The translations under genes were made by a program, and so were the position numbers. A DNA stretch of 64,000 nt, taken from assembly GCA_040751795.1 (NCBI GenBank), contig JBFMHR010000004.1:160001-224000 (forward strand), written 5' to 3'. This DNA comes from Thermoplasmatota archaeon. Its GTDB lineage: Archaea; Thermoplasmatota; Thermoplasmata; UBA10834. The notes beneath the pieces are model-generated. The model searched no databases, was not told the DNA's origin, and was given only the letters and a program-made list of their open reading frames with translations. Positions 1 to 8,767 of this stretch are shown here, one piece after another. The stretch's first letter is position 1. Each line of letters starts with the position of its first letter.

Positions 1-1625
1 ATGTCCTGGCCCTCCCAGTCGGTCCCGAGCGGGTAGTAGTTGCCCGACGGGTACGTCCCGGGCTCCAGGGGCGCTATGTTGACGCCGGTGAGCGTCTCCA
101 CGAACAGCTTGTTGTCCGCCGTGACGACGCCGAAGTAGTTGCCGCCCCTGGCCGTCTCGATGTAGATGTTGCCCAGGAACGACACCGGCGTCACGGCCCC
201 CCCGCCCGGCGCGGCGAAGGTGGCGTTGACCTTGAGCAGCGAGTTGGCGAGGTATATCGCACCCTCGTCCGTGCTGAAGACGTACATCAGCTGGCCTATG
301 ACGTACTCGGGGTCGCTGTTGAGGAAGCCGTCGACCGTCGTGTACATCGTGTTGTTCTCCTTCACCCTGCCCGTCACCTTGTCGAGCCCGGCCACGAGGC
401 CCATGGTGTCGACCTTCCCGACCGCCACTATGAAGTCGGGGGAGGAGTGCAGCGATGTTATCTCGAAGTCCCTGAGCCCCGTCATCAGGAGCTTGTTCGA
501 CCAGGTCGTGCTCCCGTCCACCCTGTCGAAGGCAACGACCTCCTGCTCGGTCGAGGCCACGACGACGTACTCCTTGCCCAGCTCGGTGGTGGGCATGGAC
601 GGGTACGGGAACGCCATCATGTTGTTCCCGGTGACCGGCTCGAAGGTCCTGTTGTCGATCGTGTAGTTGCGCGACCAGGCCATGTCCCCTATGGTGATGT
701 TGGTGACGGTCCCCGTGAGGCCCGACGCGGTGATGTTCAGGGCGTAGGCACGCACCCCGAGGTCCGTCGGGACGAACACCATGCTCCCGTTGTCGAAGTC
801 CCCGTCCACCACGAGGGGGTTCCCGATGATGGTGGCGTTGCCGAAGGTCATCCGGTTCACGAAGTCGACCGCGTCGACCCCCGCCTCGAAGACCGTGCCC
901 GGGCGCTTGCTGAGCATCCAGAGGTCGTGGTCGTCGGCGAACGCGATGGCCAGCCTCGCGCTCTGGACCACGAAGGAGAACCCGTTCCAGAGGTTGGAAC
1001 GGTACTCGGGCTCGAAGGGGAGGTCGTAGGTCTCTATGAGCTGGAACGGGGCGGCGGTCGGCGTGGCGATGTACGAGCTGTACTGGTAGAGCTTGGTGCC
1101 GTCCTCGGTCGTGTTCATGATGAACAGGAACGAGGTCGAGTAGTGGACCTGCTCGATGTAGCTCGCGTTCGCGGGCAGGCGTATCGTTATCGGGTTCCCG
1201 ACGACTATGCCCAGCTGCCCGGAGATCACGCTTATGCCCTCGGTGACAGGGTAGACGAGGCACGTGCCATCCTCGGAGTACGCCAGCACCCTCTCGAGCG
1301 GGTGGTCCCTCAGGTTCGAGGTGAGGCCGATCACCTTGGTCCAGTTGCCCTCGGCCGTGAGGTTCATGGACGCGTAGTCGGCTATGAAGGTGTCTATCGA
1401 CGGGGCCTTGAAGTCCTCGTCGTACGGCGCGAGCCAGGGCGCGAAGACCGCCACGATGCAGAACCCGAGGACGATGGCCAGCCCGGCCAGGCCGGTCTTG
1501 GACTGCCTGTAGAGCTTCCACGTGTTCGCGAAGCCCCTGCCGAACTTGCGGAGGGCCTTCTGCCCCATCTCCTGGAGGTCGGCCGCCTCCTGAGCCTTCG
1601 GTGCCGGCCCCTTGTCCTCGGTCAT
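1..1625 (-). CDS. Oligopeptide/dipeptide ABC permease (OppC/DppC type) with a large extracellular insertion; runs off the window start
   Basis: Not in the ORF track. My translation from ATG 1625, which overlaps the upstream stop as ATGA: MTEDKGPAPK...WKLYRQSKTGLAGLAIVLGFCIVAVFAPWLAPYD (OppC N-terminal helix). The frame stays open to position 3 and ends YYPLGTDWEGQD, the OppC LGTDxxGxD motif. Confidence 0.9.
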   Translation of the reverse strand, partial: MTEDKGPAPKAQEAADLQEMGQKALRKFGRGFANTWKLYRQSKTGLAGLAIVLGFCIVAVFAPWLAPYDEDFKAPSIDTFIADYASMNLTAEGNWTKVIGLTSNLRDHPLERVLAYSEDGTCLVYPVTEGISVISGQLGIVVGNPITIRLPANASYIEQVHYSTSFLFIMNTTEDGTKLYQYSSYIATPTAAPFQLIETYDLPFEPEYRSNLWNGFSFVVQSARLAIAFADDHDLWMLSKRPGTVFEAGVDAVDFVNRMTFGNATIIGNPLVVDGDFDNGSMVFVPTDLGVRAYALNITASGLTGTVTNITIGDMAWSRNYTIDNRTFEPVTGNNMMAFPYPSMPTTELGKEYVVVASTEQEVVAFDRVDGSTTWSNKLLMTGLRDFEITSLHSSPDFIVAVGKVDTMGLVAGLDKVTGRVKENNTMYTTVDGFLNSDPEYVIGQLMYVFSTDEGAIYLANSLLKVNATFAAPGGGAVTPVSFLGNIYIETARGGNYFGVVTADNKLFVETLTGVNIAPLEPGTYPSGNYYPLGTDWEGQD

Positions 1626-2602
1626 ATCCTCACCCTCGGGTCGAGATAGCTGTAGAGCATGTCGGCGACGAAGTTGCCCAGCAGCACCATGAGCGTTATG
1701 ATGTAGAGAGTGGCCTCGGCCACGGGGAAGTCGAGCTGGAACAGGGCCTGGATGTAGAGGGCACCCATCCCGGGGAAGCTGAACACGTTCTCGAGCACCA
1801 CGGCCCCGCCTATGGCGAACACGAAGGCTATGATGAACGAGGTGACCACGGGGAGCATCGCGTTCCTGGCCCCGTGCCTGAAGAGGACCTTCCTCTCGGG
1901 GAGGCCTATGGCCTTGGCCGTGATCATGTAGTTCTCGCCTATCACGTCCAGCATCGCCGTACGCATCAGGAGGACGGTGCCCGCCAGGGACAGCAGGAGC
2001 AGCACCAGCATGGGCAGGAACATGTGCCACGTGATGTCCAGGACCTTGAACAGGGTCGACCCGGGCTCGAGGCCGAATATGACGTCGGTCTCGTCGTACC
2101 ACCCCGTGAGCGGGAACCAGTCGAGCTCGGACGCGAAGACGACCAGGAATATGAGGCCTATCCAGAAGGAGGGCATGTTGTAGAACACGAGGCTGACCAC
2201 GACCGTGCTCCCGTCCAGGACGCCGCCCCTCTTCCACGCTATGAGGGCGCCGAGGTATATGCCGATGAGGTAGGCCAGTATGGTCGCCCCGCCGAAGAGG
2301 AGCATGGTGCGGGGTATCCTGTCGCCCAGGATGTCCCACACGTCCTGCGCCCTGCTGAAGGATATCCCGAAGTTGAAGGTCAGCATGTTGTACATGTATA
2401 TGCCGTACCTCGTCAGCGTGGTCTCGTTGTAGCCGTAGAGGTTGGACATGTACTCTATCTGCGAGGGCTGGATGTTCGGGTTGGTCCTCAGGAGGTCCTG
2501 CGGCCTCGCCGGCAGGGACTCGAACATTATGAAGATCAGGGTGAGGATTATCAGGAGGGTTATGAAGGTCTGGATGCTCCTTGCGATTATGTACCGGCTC
2601 AT
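1622..2602 (-). CDS. Oligopeptide/dipeptide ABC permease (OppB/DppB type)
   Basis: Motifs FNFGISF, MPSFWIG, EAA-loop ENYMITAKAIGL, ENVFSFPGMG, YSYLDPRVR. ATG 2602 chosen; TTG 2611 is an alternative. Confidence 0.95.
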   Translation of the reverse strand: MSRYIIARSIQTFITLLIILTLIFIMFESLPARPQDLLRTNPNIQPSQIEYMSNLYGYNETTLTRYGIYMYNMLTFNFGISFSRAQDVWDILGDRIPRTMLLFGGATILAYLIGIYLGALIAWKRGGVLDGSTVVVSLVFYNMPSFWIGLIFLVVFASELDWFPLTGWYDETDVIFGLEPGSTLFKVLDITWHMFLPMLVLLLLSLAGTVLLMRTAMLDVIGENYMITAKAIGLPERKVLFRHGARNAMLPVVTSFIIAFVFAIGGAVVLENVFSFPGMGALYIQALFQLDFPVAEATLYIITLMVLLGNFVADMLYSYLDPRVRI

Positions 2603-2773
2603 CCCTGCCAACGCGTCGCCCCCAAGCGAAAAGAGTTTGCCGCTTTGTGAACATTTAGTGTGCTATTAAAGCTTTGGTCAGTGGTGGTACGGGCTGGGCG
2701 ATGGCCCTGCCCCGCCATCAGGAATGAAAACCGCGAAAAGGTTTGCGGGAAGGGGTTTCGCGTCTCGGCCCGT

Positions 2774-5700
2774 CTACGCCTCAGGCTTCTCCTCGGGCGC
2801 CTCGGCCTCCTCGGCCGGGGCGGCTGGCTTCCTCATCTTCATGAGGAGCAGCACCGCGAGGACCACAGCGACGACCAGCATGGCTATGGCGACGATCCAC
2901 GGGAGCATGTCCGTCTCGGCCTCCTCCTCCGCCACGAGGGTGAAGGTCACGGAGACCTCGCTCTCCTGGCCTAGCGAGTCGGTGGCCGACACGACGACGG
3001 TGTGCTCGCCCTCGGCGAGGTCCTCCAGGACCTCCTCGATCGCCACGACGGTCGCGCCTGCCTCATCGAGCAGGTCTATCGGCGTCCCGCCGTCGACCGT
3101 GAGCGTCGCCTCGGAGAGCCCGTTCATGTCGTACACGCTGCCCAGAACCGTCGCGTTCGTCCCTGCGACCTCCTGGTCATCGGCCGGTACCGCGACCGCC
3201 ACCGTCGGGGCCTTGTTCACCATGGCGACCATCGCCCTGGCGCCGGAGGCCTCGTACGTTCCCTCGGTGGTGAGCTCGACCGCGACGAACGCCGCCGCCA
3301 CGTCCGACACCTCGGAGGTGTCGAGAGCGAAGGTGACGGTGCCGTCATCGGCCGTCACGGCCTCCGCGTTGAAGGCCATGCCGCCGCTGGTCGCTATCGT
3401 CACCGGCAGGCCGGCGACCGGGTCGCCGTTGAGGTCGACCACCGTCGCCGTCACCGTCGAGACGAACCCGAGCGGCTGGGGCGTCACTACCGCCTCGAAC
3501 GAGCCGAAGGCCACCCTGACGATGGGCTCGAACACGAGCTTCGTCTGGCTCAGCAGCGAGATCGTGCCGTCGACGTACGCCCTCATGTACAATATGGGGA
3601 CCGTCTCGTAGACCGGGATGTCGTACTCGCCGGAGGTCGTGTTGTAGGCCGCGCAGATTATCTCCCACTCCGCGGCCCCGTCCGCACCGGTCGCTATGGT
3701 GCTGTCAGGCGAGAGGCCGAAGTACCTCCAGTTCGCCTGGTACGCCGCAGCCTCGGCACCCTCCACGAGGTCGTTGTTCTCGTCGTAGACCCACATGTCG
3801 AGCGTGGTCGTGTCGAAGTCCGAGGTCTTGGCCTGCAGCACCGGGTCGGCTATCTCCCACCGTACCGCGGTGAACGCCATGGACCTGCCGTAGCCGTAGG
3901 AGCTCGATATGGTCGTCTGGCCCATGATCACGTGGTTGTAGGTGTTCCAGTCGAAGTCGGCCGTCGAGTCGGGGCAGAGGTAGACCATGAGCGCCTGGTC
4001 GAGGTGCGCAAGGTCGACGCCCTCGATGGTCATATCGTAGACACCGGCGACGATGTCGACGCCCTGCGCGTCGAGCGCAACGTAGTCGCCCACGTCGTCG
4101 TCCCAGACCCATCCGTCGAGGTACTCGGGCGCGGAGTACGACCCGGCCGACACTATGTTGACGCCGTCGGCATCGGTCAGTATGTTCATGCCCGCGTAGT
4201 CCCAGAGGGTGTTGTACTCGGAGCCGGACCAGTCCGTCATCTGGCCGTAGTCGGTGGCCGCGACGAGCACGCTGCCCGTGACCCCGTCCGCCGCGACGCC
4301 GTCAGAGTCGAACACGTGGAAGGTCAGGTCGACCGAGCCCAGCGCATCGATGAACTTCGAGGTCGCGTACTGCGCGTACCCTCCGAACATCGGCGCGGCC
4401 GGCGGGTCCGCCGGGTCCACGTAGGTGAAGGTGACCGTGTCCTCGATCACGTTGGGCTCGGTCAGCTTCCCTATGGTGACCCTCAGGGCGCCGGAGGCTC
4501 CGGTGTCGTCCATCGTGACGGTCAGGTCGGCCGTCCCGTCGGCTGCGGTGGTTATCTCGAAGTCCGGCGAGACGACCATCGCCTCGTCGCTGTAGACGAC
4601 GTCGAGCGTCTCACTGCCTATCGCCGTCCCTTCCACGTCCGTCAGGCTCACCGTTATGGTGGCCGAGTCGGTGGTCGGGCTCAGGGCGGTGGTTGTCACG
4701 GAGTCCACGCTCACGAGCATCCAGTCCGGTGCATCGTCGTTGTAGACGACCAGGCCCGCGGACGCCACGTTCGTGTACAGGTACCCTTCCATCGAGACGG
4801 AAGCGGATATCGACACGAGCATGTGCTGGTTGAGCAGGTCGGCCTCCGGGGCGGTGTACTGCATCACCACGGTGCCGTCTGCTCCGGTCGTGGCGATCTC
4901 GGGGTCGATCGTACCGTACCCTAGCAGGTACTTGTCGATCATGACCTCGGCCCCCTCGACCGGCCCGTCGGCATTGCCGACGAAGCACGTGACGTCTATC
5001 GTCTCGCCAGCGACCACCGATGTCTGATCGGGTGTCACGACGACACCCAGCCCGCCCTTGGTGTAGGTCCTGATCATGGCGGAGTCGGAGTCGGACGATG
5101 TGCCCATCGTGACGTCGGCCCTCACGGTCGACTCGCCGATCTCGGTGCCCGTCACGTCGAAGGTGAACACGCCTGCCGCGTCGGTCGTGCCCGAGGCGGG
5201 CGCCACTGTGACGCCTCCGCCGGTCACGTTGACCGCGACGGTCGCGCCTTCGACGACGTCCCCGAGGTTGTCGATGACGACCACGGTGGCCTCGACGGTC
5301 TCACCGGACCGGACCTTGCCCGGCAGGGTGAGCCCGGCGCTCACGTCCGTGACGGCACCGCCGCCGGAGGTCTCGCCGGCGCCGGCGTAGTCCAGCATGG
5401 CCAGGTTGAAGCCGTTCATGAGCGTCCCGTCGAACTGGGTCCAGTTCGTCCAGGCCCTGTTGTGGGCCTCGACGTTCACCCTGTAGTACAGGACGTTGCA
5501 CGGGATGGCCTGGGCGATGATCTCCTGGCCCTGCTTGGTCAGGTCGATCTGGTCGGCGGTTATGAAGCTGGCCCTCGCATCCTGCTCGATCTCGAAGAAC
5601 TCGTCGGCAAGTGCGATGGTCGCCTCGTCAGCGAGCGTGCTCACGCCGCCCAGCTCAGCGTACCAGGGGTTCTCGTGCGTCGGGGACCAGAAGGCCCACG

Positions 5701-7168
5701 AGTTCGAGCTCGCCATCGGGCCGTATATGTCGAACAGCACGCTGACGCACTCCGTGTAGCCCGTGAAGCTCCAGCCGAGCTCGAGCATCTGGTAGTCGAA
5801 CGCCGTCAGCTTCGCCACGAGGGTGTTGAAGTCGATCGGCTTCGCCTCGACGTTGATGCCGGCCGCCCTCATGTTGGTGGACAGCATCTCCCCCGCCTTG
5901 ATCCTGATCGGGTCGTAGTCCGCGGGCGGGGTCATCAGGGTGATCTTGTCCATCAGGCTGCCGTCGGGCATGTCCCTCCAGCCGTCCCCGTTGGAGTCGA
6001 TGTACCCTGCGTCGTCGAGCAGGTCGTTGGCGATGTCCATGTCGAAGGCGTACTTGGTGACCGCCGGGTTGTGCCACTCGCCGAAGAACGGCGAGACGGC
6101 CGCGGAGCCGGGCGTGCCGAAGCCGCCCATGTACACGTCGACGATCTGGTCCTTGTCTATCAGGTGCGAGACCGCCTTCCTGAAGGTCAGGTTGTTCATG
6201 GGCTCCTTCTTCATGTTGAACGCCAGGTAGAAGTAGCCTGCGTCGGACATGTACTCGAGCTGGATGTTCGGGTCGCTCTGGAGCGACGGGACACGGCCCG
6301 CCGTCACGGCCCAGGCGATGTAGTCGACGTCGCCGCCCTGGAGCGCCAGTATGGCGGTGTCGATGCTCGTGTAGATCTTGTAGTACACCTTGTCGAGCAC
6401 CTTCGGGAACAGGGGCATGCCCGCCGGGCTCATCTCGTCCTTGCCCCAGTAGTCGGGGAAGGTCGCGATGACCCTGTGGGAGTTGTCCACGCCGCTGTCG
6501 TACATGAACGCGCCGGTGCCGATGAGCATGAGCGGGTCGCTCACGGTCACGATGACCTTGTCGTCGACGTCGGTGAACCCGAGCCCGCTGATGTCGTCGT
6601 CCCATATCGCCTGCGGGACGATCGGCACGGAGAGCGTGCTCGAGAAGAACTGACCGTATGGCCTTGCCATTATGAACCTCACGGTCTCGTCGTCCACCCG
6701 GATGACGCTCGCGTCGAACTCGGCTGTGTCGACCGACCCGTCCTCGTCGATGTCGAACGCCTGCACGATCCTGTCCGAGTAGGTCGTGCCGTCCCTGGCC
6801 ATCCTGTAGGAGTAGATGACGTCGTCCACGGTCATCGTAGTCCCGTCATGGAACAGCACATCCTGTCTCACGGAGACGTCCACCGTCAGGGTGTCCTCGT
6901 CGAAGGTCCACCCGGTCGCCAGCAGCGGGAACGTGCTCAGATCGTAGTCAGTGGATGCAAGACCCTCGTAACAGTAGCTTATCACGTGGGCCTTCCATAC
7001 GCTGTTCGATCCGAGGTTGTAGTTGTTGAAGTCCGTCAGATCCGCCTGCATGGCAATATAGAAGACGTCTTCCTCTGCCGCCGCCGCTGCCGCCGGCGTC
7101 GCTACCGCGAACGCCGACAGAACGGTGACGAGCATCGCAAATCCTGCTATAATTGCCCTGTGTTTCAT
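2774..7168 (-). CDS. Family-5 ABC substrate-binding protein fused to a long Ig-like extension and a C-terminal TM anchor (1464 aa)
   Basis: Signal peptide MKHRAIIAGFAMLV after a GAGAGGA RBS. SBP5 motifs VRQDVLFHDG, IGTGAF, NLTFRKAVSHLIDKDQIV. Repeated TTDAAG/TGADG/TAADG/TADDG Ig-like motifs. Hydrophobic C-terminus followed by KMRK. Confidence 0.9.
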   Translation of the reverse strand: MKHRAIIAGFAMLVTVLSAFAVATPAAAAAAEEDVFYIAMQADLTDFNNYNLGSNSVWKAHVISYCYEGLASTDYDLSTFPLLATGWTFDEDTLTVDVSVRQDVLFHDGTTMTVDDVIYSYRMARDGTTYSDRIVQAFDIDEDGSVDTAEFDASVIRVDDETVRFIMARPYGQFFSSTLSVPIVPQAIWDDDISGLGFTDVDDKVIVTVSDPLMLIGTGAFMYDSGVDNSHRVIATFPDYWGKDEMSPAGMPLFPKVLDKVYYKIYTSIDTAILALQGGDVDYIAWAVTAGRVPSLQSDPNIQLEYMSDAGYFYLAFNMKKEPMNNLTFRKAVSHLIDKDQIVDVYMGGFGTPGSAAVSPFFGEWHNPAVTKYAFDMDIANDLLDDAGYIDSNGDGWRDMPDGSLMDKITLMTPPADYDPIRIKAGEMLSTNMRAAGINVEAKPIDFNTLVAKLTAFDYQMLELGWSFTGYTECVSVLFDIYGPMASSNSWAFWSPTHENPWYAELGGVSTLADEATIALADEFFEIEQDARASFITADQIDLTKQGQEIIAQAIPCNVLYYRVNVEAHNRAWTNWTQFDGTLMNGFNLAMLDYAGAGETSGGGAVTDVSAGLTLPGKVRSGETVEATVVVIDNLGDVVEGATVAVNVTGGGVTVAPASGTTDAAGVFTFDVTGTEIGESTVRADVTMGTSSDSDSAMIRTYTKGGLGVVVTPDQTSVVAGETIDVTCFVGNADGPVEGAEVMIDKYLLGYGTIDPEIATTGADGTVVMQYTAPEADLLNQHMLVSISASVSMEGYLYTNVASAGLVVYNDDAPDWMLVSVDSVTTTALSPTTDSATITVSLTDVEGTAIGSETLDVVYSDEAMVVSPDFEITTAADGTADLTVTMDDTGASGALRVTIGKLTEPNVIEDTVTFTYVDPADPPAAPMFGGYAQYATSKFIDALGSVDLTFHVFDSDGVAADGVTGSVLVAATDYGQMTDWSGSEYNTLWDYAGMNILTDADGVNIVSAGSYSAPEYLDGWVWDDDVGDYVALDAQGVDIVAGVYDMTIEGVDLAHLDQALMVYLCPDSTADFDWNTYNHVIMGQTTISSSYGYGRSMAFTAVRWEIADPVLQAKTSDFDTTTLDMWVYDENNDLVEGAEAAAYQANWRYFGLSPDSTIATGADGAAEWEIICAAYNTTSGEYDIPVYETVPILYMRAYVDGTISLLSQTKLVFEPIVRVAFGSFEAVVTPQPLGFVSTVTATVVDLNGDPVAGLPVTIATSGGMAFNAEAVTADDGTVTFALDTSEVSDVAAAFVAVELTTEGTYEASGARAMVAMVNKAPTVAVAVPADDQEVAGTNATVLGSVYDMNGLSEATLTVDGGTPIDLLDEAGATVVAIEEVLEDLAEGEHTVVVSATDSLGQESEVSVTFTLVAEEEAETDMLPWIVAIAMLVVAVVLAVLLLMKMRKPAAPAEEAEAPEEKPEA

Positions 7169-7394
7169 TCCTCTCTCATCCTCCGTTGTTGCCCCCAAAT
7201 CTACGGGGAGAATCTAGGCCCTACAAACGCTTTCACGGATATATCAATTTTGTTGGGCGCGCGCGCGAGTGACTGGATATATATACGCTCAGCGATGTTA
7301 AAATGGTCGGGTGTCCACTGACCGCGGGCCCCCGTCAGGACCCCCCTCCGCGCCCCCGCAGGGGGGCCGGCCTCCCCGCCCCAGGTTCGCCGTC

Positions 7395-7580
7395 TCACGC
7401 GCCTTCCCGGGCGGCCCTCTCGACCGACCGGGGGTCGGCGCAGTTCCACTCCCCGCAGAAGGGGCAGCGGGACTGGTTGTCGTCAAGGTCGATGTCCTCG
7501 ACCCTGCCCTCGTAGGTCACGTCCGCGGGGTAGGCGTTCCTGCACTTCCTGCAGACGTACTCGAGCTCCACCTTGGGCAT
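7395..7580 (-). CDS. Small CPxCG-type zinc-finger protein (61 aa)
   Basis: MPKVELEYVCRKCRNAY...SRCPFCGEWNC with two CxxC knuckles and host-like codons. AT-rich element about 25-35 nt upstream. Confidence 0.7.
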   Translation of the reverse strand: MPKVELEYVCRKCRNAYPADVTYEGRVEDIDLDDNQSRCPFCGEWNCADPRSVERAAREGA

Positions 7581-7693
7581 CGGGGCTCCGAGCCCCCTCA
7601 TCGGCCATAAACCTATACCGGCACATGTCCGGCCCCCGCCCCGAAGTTTAATCACCGGAGAGCCCGTTACCCGGCTTGGAGCGTGGACTGGCG

Positions 7694-8761
7694 ATGGCAG
7701 GGGAGGCGGTCGGGAAGGCGCTGCGCGAGGTGTCGGCCTCGGGCAGCCACTACAACATCGGTTCATCGATCGGGAAGCAGTGCAGGGACCAGGCCCTCAG
7801 GACCCAGAAGAGGTTCAAGGCCGCCCTCGACCGCACGCCCGGGATGACAGCCGAGAAGGCCAAGGCGGCCGGGAGGCTGAGCCTCCCCATCAGCAGGGAG
7901 TTCTGCCCCGAGTACGTCGAGGAGATGGAGGGGTACGCGGACGGCGCCGGGGTCGACTTCGACCTCCTCTACGCGGCGTTCAGCGACCTCCCCCTGGGCG
8001 GGGGGAAGGGGTGCACCGACATAGCGGTGAACGCGCAGTGGACCAAGGACGACGTCGTGTTCGCGGCCCACAACGAGGACCTGGAGCCCTACAACTACTC
8101 GGAGCTGTGCATCGTGAGGGTGTCGCCCAAGGACGGCCCCGGGCACATCGGCGTGAGCTACGGCGGCATCTACCCGACGGTCGGCATGAACTCGGCGGGC
8201 ATCAGCCTGACGGGGAACGCCCTGGTCCCGAACGACACCCGGACCGGGATCCCCAAGGTGTTCCCGGTCAGGAAGGTCCTGATGGCGAAGGGGCTCAACG
8301 ACGCCCTGACGTGGTCCATGCCCCCGGGGAGGGGGCACAGCTTCAACAACATCGTGTGCGACGCGAACGGGGAGATATACAGCATGGAGGGCTCGGCGAC
8401 CGAGTTCGACGCCCTCTACGGGCACGAGGGGTACCTCGTGCACACGAACCACTACCTCTCGCCGAGGATGTGGCGGTTCGAGGCGGACCTCCACACCCGG
8501 ATGTCGTCGATCATTAGGTACAACAGGGCCTCGAAACTGTTCAAGAGGCACCTCGGCCAGGTCGACGTCACGGCCTTCAAGGAGGTCTTCTCGGACCACG
8601 TGGGCTTCCCGGAGTCGATATGCAGGCACCCCGACCCGAGGCTGGGGGAGGAGGAGCAGGCCGCGACCATATTCTCGGCGGTCTTCGACCTCACCAGGAA
8701 GGCGATGTGGGCCTGCGCGGGGAACCCGTGCGAGGGGGAGTACAGGAAGTACGAGCTCTGA
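7694..8761 (+). CDS. Peptidase C45 family (Ntn-hydrolase, acyl-CoA:6-APA acyltransferase-like)
   Basis: Autocleavage site G|CTDIA, AHNED, VGMNSAGI, VHTNHY, SIIRYNRA, ESICRH. Confidence 0.9.
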   Translation: MAGEAVGKALREVSASGSHYNIGSSIGKQCRDQALRTQKRFKAALDRTPGMTAEKAKAAGRLSLPISREFCPEYVEEMEGYADGAGVDFDLLYAAFSDLPLGGGKGCTDIAVNAQWTKDDVVFAAHNEDLEPYNYSELCIVRVSPKDGPGHIGVSYGGIYPTVGMNSAGISLTGNALVPNDTRTGIPKVFPVRKVLMAKGLNDALTWSMPPGRGHSFNNIVCDANGEIYSMEGSATEFDALYGHEGYLVHTNHYLSPRMWRFEADLHTRMSSIIRYNRASKLFKRHLGQVDVTAFKEVFSDHVGFPESICRHPDPRLGEEEQAATIFSAVFDLTRKAMWACAGNPCEGEYRKYEL

Positions 8762-8767
8762 GCCCCG

